Part shown: in pieces, positions 1-6,556 of the stretch
Layout of the letters: every line of letters begins with the position of its first letter
Numbering within the stretch: the first letter of the stretch is position 1
Assembly: GCA_050261675.1 (NCBI GenBank)
Contig: JBLNDO010000023.1
Coordinates: forward strand, 74,261-138,260
From: Bacillota bacterium
GTDB taxonomy: Bacteria > Pseudomonadota > Gammaproteobacteria > Natronospirales > REEB76
Reading direction: 5' to 3'
DNA length: 64,000 bases
Notes under the pieces: generated by a model
What the model was told of the DNA's origin: nothing
Databases searched by the model: none
What the model saw: only the letters and a program-made list of their open reading frames with translations
Translations under genes and position numbers: made by a program

Positions 1-2
1 AG

Positions 3-551
3 ATGTACGACCGAGAACCCGTCAAGCTTTCCCGCGCCTGCGAAGCGGTGATGATCCCGGCCGGCACCCACGTGGTGATACCGGAGGGCACGGAAGTGAA
101 CGTGGCCCAGTCCCTGGGCGGCAGCTTCACGGTGTACGTGGACGGGAATCTCCTGCGCATCGCCGGCAAGGATGCGGATGCTTTGGGGCGCGAGGTGCAG
201 GAAGGCCCCAGTCTTCCCGAGAATCCCAGCGACGCCGACGTGGAGAAGCTCGTCTGGGACCAGTTGAAAACCTGTTACGACCCGGAGATCCCCATCAACA
301 TCGTGGACCTGGGTCTCGTCTACGAGTGCAAGCTCATCCCCGGTGACGGCGGCAAGAAAAAAGTGGGCGTGAAGATGACGCTCACCGCCCCCGGCTGCGG
401 CATGGGCAGCATCCTGGTGCAGGACGTGAAGGAAAAACTCGAGCAGGTGCCGCTGGTGCAGGCGGCGGACGTGGAACTGGTGTTCGACCCGCCCTGGAGC
501 CGCGACATGATGTCGGAAGAGGCAAAATTGCAAACGGGGATGTATTACTGA
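3..551 (+). CDS. sufT: SufT-like Fe-S cluster assembly protein (DUF59/MIP18 family)
   Basis: 182-aa ORF. C-terminal DUF59-type signature (CYDPEIPINIVDLGLVY ... LTAPGCGMG) sits behind an ~80-aa N-terminal extension typical of SufT. Its stop overlaps the start of the Rieske gene (TGATG at 549-553). Confidence 0.7.
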   Translation: MYDREPVKLSRACEAVMIPAGTHVVIPEGTEVNVAQSLGGSFTVYVDGNLLRIAGKDADALGREVQEGPSLPENPSDADVEKLVWDQLKTCYDPEIPINIVDLGLVYECKLIPGDGGKKKVGVKMTLTAPGCGMGSILVQDVKEKLEQVPLVQAADVELVFDPPWSRDMMSEEAKLQTGMYY

Positions 552-871
552 TGTCCGGCTGGGTGAATGTGGGCCCAGTGGAGGAAATCCCGCCGGGGAC
601 GCACAAGGTCATCGACGTGGACGACGTCCTGGTCGCGGTGTTCAACATCGAGGGGAATTTTTATGCCATCGAGGACGTCTGTACCCACGACGGCGGCATC
701 CTCACCGGCGGCCCGGTGAACGGCTGCATCATCACCTGCCCCCGCCATGGCGCGACCTTCGACGTGCGGACCGGCGAGGCCCTCTCCGCGCCCGCTTATG
801 AGCCGACAGCGAGCTTTCCCGTGCGGGTGGAAAACGGCATGGTGCAGGTCAAGGACGACCGCTGGGACTAG
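551..871 (+). CDS. Rieske [2Fe-2S] ferredoxin
   Basis: 106-aa ORF with Rieske ligand boxes C-T-H (CTHDGG) and C-P-R-H (CPRHGATF). Translationally coupled to the sufT-like gene. Confidence 0.8.
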   Translation: MSGWVNVGPVEEIPPGTHKVIDVDDVLVAVFNIEGNFYAIEDVCTHDGGILTGGPVNGCIITCPRHGATFDVRTGEALSAPAYEPTASFPVRVENGMVQVKDDRWD

Positions 872-1491
872 ATGTCCGCCGGGACGTCGCTCTCGCCGAA
901 ATGATCCAGGTAGTCCGCGTGTGAGGCCTTGATCACCTCGTAGGCCTTGTCGTGGTTGTAGACGGCCTGGATATCCACTTTGTGGGCCTGACCTGGCACC
1001 CACTTATAGGTGCTGAAGTAATGCACCAGCCGCTCCACCATCACGTGGGGCAGATCCTCGAGTTCCCGGGCGTGACCCCACAGGTTGTCGCTGGCAAGCA
1101 CCGCGATGATCTTGTCGTCCGCCTCGCCGCTGTCGATCATCCGCAGGCCGCCGATGACCCGCGCGCTCATCAGCACCTCGGAGCGGGCGATGGGCCGCTC
1201 CGAGAACACGCAGATGTCCAGGGGATCCTTGTCCCCCGGCACGCCTGCGCCAGCGAGGCGCCCCACCCGCTCGCCACAATAGGTGCGCGGCACGAACCCG
1301 TAAAGCGCCGGCATATGGGCGGAACTGCGCTGCGGCCGGTCCACCCGCAGATAACCGGTACCCTTGTCCACTTCGTACTTCACCACGTCAAAAGGCGTGA
1401 TCTCTATATAAGCGTTGACCACGGCCGGCGCTTCCTCGCCCAGTTCCAGGCCGTGCCAGGGATGGGGGCGCCATTGGTTATAAGGCTTCAT
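868..1491 (-). CDS. ppa: Inorganic pyrophosphatase, family I
   Basis: 207-aa ORF with family I PPase acidic motifs ([34 protein letters not shown]). Confidence 0.85.
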   Translation of the reverse strand: MKPYNQWRPHPWHGLELGEEAPAVVNAYIEITPFDVVKYEVDKGTGYLRVDRPQRSSAHMPALYGFVPRTYCGERVGRLAGAGVPGDKDPLDICVFSERPIARSEVLMSARVIGGLRMIDSGEADDKIIAVLASDNLWGHARELEDLPHVMVERLVHYFSTYKWVPGQAHKVDIQAVYNHDKAYEVIKASHADYLDHFGESDVPADI

Positions 1492-1569
1492 CGCGAATCC
1501 ACGGGGACCACAGGGGGTGCAGGGGCGCGCATTCTACTGGTTCGGGCCGCCGCTTCCAAGGCGAGAGCT

Positions 1570-1860
1570 TCAATCCCGGTCATCGCGACGGGGCTCTTCC
1601 ACCTTGGAGACCGAGTATTCGCCTTCCAGGGTCACCCCGCCCTTCCGGCTTCCGGACGCAGCGCGTTTGGCCCATTGGCGGCGGCGCCACCAGAAGCGCA
1701 GGTAAAACACCACGAGCAGCACAGTGACGAGGCCGAGGACGGTGAGGAGCACGAACGTTCCCACCACGAAGGCCAGGCCGAATATGAGGACCAGCACCAG
1801 CACCGAGAGGAACCGGGAAACGGGGCCTTGGCTGGGCGGGAAACGGTAGACGAGCGGCAT
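1570..1860 (-). CDS. Small two-TM membrane protein, unknown function
   Basis: 96-aa ORF starting 4 nt after the GT9 stop. It has two strongly hydrophobic segments (FLSVLVLVLIFGLAFVV, VLLTVLGLVTVLLVVF). No recognisable family. Confidence 0.45.
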   Translation of the reverse strand: MPLVYRFPPSQGPVSRFLSVLVLVLIFGLAFVVGTFVLLTVLGLVTVLLVVFYLRFWWRRRQWAKRAASGSRKGGVTLEGEYSVSKVEEPRRDDRD

Positions 1861-1864
1861 TGGC

Positions 1865-2899
1865 TTAAGGGAAACGCTTGGCGATCTCCGTCGCCGCTGC
1901 CTTGATGTCGATGCGGCTCATGTCGCCTTCTTCCGCCTCCTCCGGCGGCATGAAAGCCAGGCGTTCCGTGGGCGGATTAACCGTCTGCCAGCGCAAGGCC
2001 GTGGAGGAACGCCGACGCGGGTAGAACGCGGCCGTCGGCACCCCCAGCGCCGCCGCGAGGTGCAACGGGCCGGTGGAGCCGCTGATGAAGAGGTCGGCGA
2101 AGGCAAGATGCTTGGCGAAGGGAATCAGGCCGTCCGTCGAAATGTGGACAGAGTGCGGAACCTTCTCCAGCATGCTGGCCAGCCGTTGGGCCTGGCCCTC
2201 CTCGCCGGGGCCCGCCGTGAGTACGAAATGGCGCTTCTTCGAGGCGAGCTTTCTTGCAAGCTCGGCATACTGGAGCAGCGAAAGATTGCTGGCAGAGCCC
2301 CCGTGGCCCGTATGCAGGAATATCAGTTTTTTCGTGGCAGAGAGCTTGTGTTTCCTGAGGAATCCCTGCTTCGCTTTCTTGACCTCGGCGGGCCTGAACG
2401 CGAGATAAGGCGGATTCACCGGTGCGGGTTTCTTGATCCCCAGGTCTTCCAGGAAGACCTGCACCATTTCCAGGTTGTACTCGTATTCCGGTTTCGCGGA
2501 TTGGGAACGCCGCTGGGCGATGCGCCGATTATAGAAAATCTGTGCCAGCTTGGTTGCCGGCGCATAGCGCGCTGGGATGCCCGCAGACCAGACTGCCAGC
2601 CCCGTGTCAAAGCGCGAGAACAGGGTGATGACGGCATCGAACTTCCTGGGCTTGAGCAGTTTCGCAAGGGCTTTGCCGTTCTTCCAGTCGCCCTTTAGCT
2701 TGGGATCGACGATGACCTCATCCACGTGAACGCAGGCCTTTGCGAGAGCCGCCGTATATTCCGGGACAAGGACGGCGAGATGCGCTGCCGGAAGGTTGGC
2801 GCGCAGCAGGGCGAGCGCAGGCCAGGCGAGCATGAAATCGCCTAACTTGTCGTTGCGTATCACCAGTATCTTCTGCTTGGTTTCCCCGGGTCGCGCCAT
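1865..2899 (-). CDS. Glycosyltransferase family 9 (ADP-heptose:LPS heptosyltransferase-like)
   Basis: 344-aa ORF. N-terminal KILVIRNDKLGDFMLAWPAL and C-terminal GSTGPLHLAAALGVPT motifs are typical of GT9. Confidence 0.75.
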   Translation of the reverse strand: MARPGETKQKILVIRNDKLGDFMLAWPALALLRANLPAAHLAVLVPEYTAALAKACVHVDEVIVDPKLKGDWKNGKALAKLLKPRKFDAVITLFSRFDTGLAVWSAGIPARYAPATKLAQIFYNRRIAQRRSQSAKPEYEYNLEMVQVFLEDLGIKKPAPVNPPYLAFRPAEVKKAKQGFLRKHKLSATKKLIFLHTGHGGSASNLSLLQYAELARKLASKKRHFVLTAGPGEEGQAQRLASMLEKVPHSVHISTDGLIPFAKHLAFADLFISGSTGPLHLAAALGVPTAAFYPRRRSSTALRWQTVNPPTERLAFMPPEEAEEGDMSRIDIKAAATEIAKRFP

Positions 2900-3093
2900 C
2901 GATCGCCCTTGTCAGGACTATCCCGGGGTCATTTTAAGGGATTTGCCCTGAAGCAAAGAAGCGACACCCGCCCCTCCGATAGTGCGGCATCCTGCTCTTT
3001 CTCGAAATTTGGGTTCCCTAGTTTGGAACCCGCGACTTCGGCTTACCGAAGCCGCGGGTGGTTCACCGTTGTCTATATCTTAGGCATTGGGTA

Positions 3094-5832
3094 TTACGGT
3101 GTGCAGGCTGAATTGGCGTTGATAGTGAGATTACCCTGGTACGCCAAGCCGTCCGGCATTTCGTCGACCGTCTCGGCGACGCCCCCCAAGGGGGTACTCA
3201 CCGACTGAACTACGCCGGAATTGAAGCCGCCGAAAGCCTGCCCCGGGCTCAGGCCGAGGTCCGCGAGGGGAACGGTGGTCACGATGATCCCGTCCGCGGA
3301 GTCGTAGAAACTGGAGGGGTCCGCCGGCTTCTCGCTCCCGGCGAGCACGAAACGCCCGTCCACGCCGCCGCTGCTGTTGGGCGCGGCGATGTAGGACTCG
3401 AAGCTCGGCGTCAGCGCACCCACCGGGTAGAACATGCGCACGCCGTGAACCTTGCCGTCCGGCTCCTTGAAGGACACGTACCAATAGGAGTCAGGCGGTT
3501 GCGTGGACTGCCCCGGGTCGGTGTTAACCTGGAAGCGCAGCTTCACGTTGCCGTCTGCGGCGAAGGGTTGTGCGAGCTCGAAGGACTGAAGGTCCGTGCC
3601 GGGCGTGCCCGTCAGGCTGTCGCCGGTCGCGTCCGTAAGGATCGTCGGCCCAGGCGGCGTGCAGGGATTCGCCGCAAGCGTGACCGCGAGCGCTATTTCG
3701 TTGCTGGCGGGACCCGTACCCTGCCCGTTGACCGCCCGGACAACGTAGAAGTATTGCCCCACGGAGGATTTCACTTTCGTATCCACGAAAGCGGTCTTGC
3801 TGCCGCTCACGGTGGCCAGTTTCTTCTCCGCCCCGGCGGACGTACCGCGCAGGATCACGTAGGCGCTGATGGAGGAGCCGCCGTTGTCCGGAGGAGTCCA
3901 GTTGAGGTTGGCCTGCGTCGCGGAACGCGTGCCCTGCAGGTACGGGGCTTGGGGCACGGCGGGCTCCACCGGGTCGAACTGTGACAGGAGCGTCTTGCCC
4001 CCCGTCTGGCGCGCCACCCGCTGGAAAGCCACGAAATCGTTCTTCGTGGGATCCGCGATGCAGGTCGCGGTGACGCAGCCGTCGTCGTAGCCGAAGAGCA
4101 CCCGGCCGTGATCGTCCATGGTCACTTCGTTGAAGTCCAGGAGGTTGCGGTTCGGTTCGTTGCCGCCGCTGTTCCAGATGCCGCCCGCCCCCTGCACGGG
4201 ATCATTCGGGGAAGCGTTCACTGTGGTCCAGGTCTTGCCGGAGTCGTAGGTGGTGGCGATGAAGAGGTACCAGAAACCCGGGTAGTCCAGCGATTCATGA
4301 TCGCCGCCGGCATCGCTGCCGAGAAAGCCGCAGGCAGCGCGTCCGGCGGAGCCGGCCACCGCCTCCGGGAACACCGCCATGATCACACCCACCGCAAGCC
4401 CGAGGTCCGTGTCGTTGCTCCAGGTGGCGCCGTGATCATGGCTCACCGCCGCATGCACATGATGCTCCGCGCCTTGCCCGTCCACGTAGCAGTAATAGAC
4501 CGCGTTGTCCTGACCGATGGCCATGGACGGATCCGTGGAACCGCCGCTGAAGGACTGGCTGTTGGGCACGGTGAAATTCGTCCAGGTGCTGCCCGCATCC
4601 AGGCTCACGGAGCCGCCTTGCACGGGGCCGCAGTCGGAAGCAGGAACGTACACTGCTCCGTCCGGGCCCACCTTGGCGTGGCCGTGCAGGCCGCCGCAGG
4701 CGGTGATGCCGTTGCCGAAGTAGATGGGTACGCCCGGGCCGAAGCTCGCGCCGCCGGAGTCGCTGCGTTGGCACATGGCCGGCCCGACCACGTCCTGGGA
4801 GCAGTAATAGACCGCGTTGGGGTAAAGCGGATTGGGCGCGGGCAGGAGTGAGGGATAGGGTCCGGCCACGATGGTTTCATGATCCGCGCCGCCGTTAGGC
4901 GGCGCGGCCGAGGCCTGGATCCAGCTCGTGCCGTCGTTGTCGGTGTAACCGAACAGAGCTTCCGCGCCGGTGGTCTGCATGGACTCGAAGCTGCGGCCCG
5001 CCGCCTGGTCCGTGAAGAGAATGGGGTCGAGGGTATCGGCGTTGATGATGCCCGGCGAGACGTCGGTCCACAGGGCCGGGCCTGCCATGGGCAACGGCGG
5101 GCTGCGGAGTTCGGGGGGCGTGAGCCGGAAGGTGTCGAGATCCGAGAGCGTCATGATGCTGTGGCTCTTGGGGTCGAAGCCGATGCTGAACTCGCCTGCG
5201 CTGCCCTGGGCGGCGGTGCCGGCCGGGGCGTAGAAGTTCTGGTAGCGGGGCACGCCGGGGGCGGTGGGCGTCGGCCCACCGAAGGCGGCTCCCCCGCCGC
5301 TCACCGGGCCCTGTATCAATTGGATGGTCACATGCACCGTCTCGCCGGTGGGCGTGAATGGCACCACGATGACCGTGAAGGTTTGGGTGCCGTTGAATGC
5401 CCGAATGGTGGTCACTTCGGGGTTCGCGGAACTCGCCGATTGTGCCTGGGCCGCTTCGGAGCCGTCGGTGGTGGTGACGCTGCCCGGATATATATAGAGA
5501 TCGTAGTCCGACGCGCCGGTACCGGAATCGGTCCACCCCAAAGAGAACTGAATCAGCATGCCAGGGTTGGTGGTGGTGAAATCCGAAGGCAGCGACACCG
5601 TGAGCGCGTACTCGTCACAGGGCTGTTGCGGGTTGTTGCACTCCGGCCCCGCGTCCACCAAGGGCACCGGCGTGGGGTTCGCCAGCGGGAAGGGTCCAGC
5701 TGTGTAGGTGAGCGGGCCGGAGGTGGCCGTAAGCGTACCGCTGGAGGGCGTGGCGGCTCTGATCCCACCCGCAACCGCTGCAAGCACGAAACCCAGGAAA
5801 ACAACGAGAATTTTCAGACTGCGACCTGACAT
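3094..5832 (-). CDS. Secreted BNR/Asp-box (sialidase-like beta-propeller) protein with FN3-like domain
   Basis: 912-aa ORF with a signal peptide (KILVVFLGFVLAAVAGG). Four Asp-box motifs are present (DNDGTSW, SLDAGSTWT, SHDHGATWS, TYDSGKTWT), plus an FN3-like segment (LNWTPPDNGGSSISAYVILRG...YFYVVRAVNGQG). Confidence 0.7.
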   Translation of the reverse strand: MSGRSLKILVVFLGFVLAAVAGGIRAATPSSGTLTATSGPLTYTAGPFPLANPTPVPLVDAGPECNNPQQPCDEYALTVSLPSDFTTTNPGMLIQFSLGWTDSGTGASDYDLYIYPGSVTTTDGSEAAQAQSASSANPEVTTIRAFNGTQTFTVIVVPFTPTGETVHVTIQLIQGPVSGGGAAFGGPTPTAPGVPRYQNFYAPAGTAAQGSAGEFSIGFDPKSHSIMTLSDLDTFRLTPPELRSPPLPMAGPALWTDVSPGIINADTLDPILFTDQAAGRSFESMQTTGAEALFGYTDNDGTSWIQASAAPPNGGADHETIVAGPYPSLLPAPNPLYPNAVYYCSQDVVGPAMCQRSDSGGASFGPGVPIYFGNGITACGGLHGHAKVGPDGAVYVPASDCGPVQGGSVSLDAGSTWTNFTVPNSQSFSGGSTDPSMAIGQDNAVYYCYVDGQGAEHHVHAAVSHDHGATWSNDTDLGLAVGVIMAVFPEAVAGSAGRAACGFLGSDAGGDHESLDYPGFWYLFIATTYDSGKTWTTVNASPNDPVQGAGGIWNSGGNEPNRNLLDFNEVTMDDHGRVLFGYDDGCVTATCIADPTKNDFVAFQRVARQTGGKTLLSQFDPVEPAVPQAPYLQGTRSATQANLNWTPPDNGGSSISAYVILRGTSAGAEKKLATVSGSKTAFVDTKVKSSVGQYFYVVRAVNGQGTGPASNEIALAVTLAANPCTPPGPTILTDATGDSLTGTPGTDLQSFELAQPFAADGNVKLRFQVNTDPGQSTQPPDSYWYVSFKEPDGKVHGVRMFYPVGALTPSFESYIAAPNSSGGVDGRFVLAGSEKPADPSSFYDSADGIIVTTVPLADLGLSPGQAFGGFNSGVVQSVSTPLGGVAETVDEMPDGLAYQGNLTINANSACTP

Positions 5833-6206
5833 GGCTGCTCACCCCGGCGTGCGTGTGTCGGGTACCCACCCGAATGCAAGTCACGCTAGGCCCGTAGTCG
5901 CATAGCCTCAATGAGGGAAACTCCTCATTTGGAACACAGAGATTCCCATGCCCGTTATGTCAAAGAATAACACCGCAATCCACGTCGTTGCGTACGCGCG
6001 GGCTTCGGCGTGCCCGCTCTCATGAGGAGGCCACAACGGTAAAATCAGGTGATTTCCTAATTACAAAACTGCCCGCGCGACCGCACACTTCGCGCAGGTC
6101 GTGTACCCCTCACGACCCGGGGTTAATGCTCCCCATTGACCCCATCGGTCAGGACGCAACATCCTGGCTCCAAACCGGATGAACTCCCTATCATCCGATT
6201 TGACTG

Positions 6207-6243
6207 GAAGCGCCTCTTTTGACGTAAGAGGCGCTTCTTTTTT
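6207..6243 (+). terminator. Rho-independent terminator (plus strand) inside the divergent intergenic region
   Basis: Perfect 12-bp stem gaagcgcctctt / aagaggcgcttc with loop ttgacgt, followed by TTTTTT (6238-6243). On the minus strand no T-run follows the hairpin. Confidence 0.6.
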
Positions 6244-6351
6244 GCCTGCAAGCCTAATGACTTGATGCCCGCGCATGACATATCCGGGCCGTTCACACCG
6301 CGTGCATTTCATCCTGGCGAATATCCGCCTCCATTCAGGGTAATCCCGCAA

Positions 6352-6372
6352 GTGATTCACGTAATCACCTGC
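6352..6372 (+). promoter_or_regulatory. Candidate operator/activator box GTGATTCACGTAATCACCTGC (inverted repeat GTGATT-N5-AATCAC)
   Basis: Matches the box at 10240-10260 in 20 of 21 positions. Lies 185 bp upstream of the 6557 start and abuts a -35-like TTGCCC (6373-6378), a 16-nt spacer and a -10-like TATCTT (6395-6400). Confidence 0.5.
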
Positions 6373-6556
6373 TTGCCCAGAATTCGAACGCGCGTATCTT
6401 TGAAAATACGGCCTATAAACCGCATCAGCGTCCGCAAAACCCTTCGTCGATATCACAAATGACATTGACGGATCCTGCGTCTTGCGTGCATCAGGGCGTT
6501 TGCGCGATGTCGCCATTGGCCCATGACCAGGAATTCCGAGTTAGGGAGGGCGAGCC

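Noticed and set aside
3011-3059. Two overlapping hairpins (gggttcc-N7-ggaaccc; acccgcgacttcgg-ctta-ccgaagccgcgggt) downstream of the BNR gene stop.
   Set aside because: They could terminate the minus-strand transcript, but neither is followed by a U-run in the relevant orientation. I did not call a terminator.
6134-6143. 10-mer CATTGACCCC shared between the two matrix-gene upstream regions (6134-6143 and 10161-10170).
   Set aside because: Its distances to the palindromic box differ (218 vs 79 bp). A single 10-mer match between two regions of several hundred bp is not clearly beyond chance. I did not treat it as a site.
6061-6516. 151-aa minus-strand ORF filling the intergenic region between the BNR and lipoprotein genes (two CxxC pairs), and the 74-aa ORF 10174-10398 in the analogous position upstream of 10412. 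They share a GD-x-VNH peptide.
   Set aside because: The shared peptide is simply the translation of the conserved 21-bp DNA box. Third-position GC is about 58% by my count, well below what I see in neighbouring genes, and rare AGG/AGA/ATA/TTA codons are used. There is no convincing Shine-Dalgarno. The 151-aa ORF runs through a strong terminator hairpin. I treat both as non-coding regulatory DNA, although the 151-aa ORF is not fully excluded.
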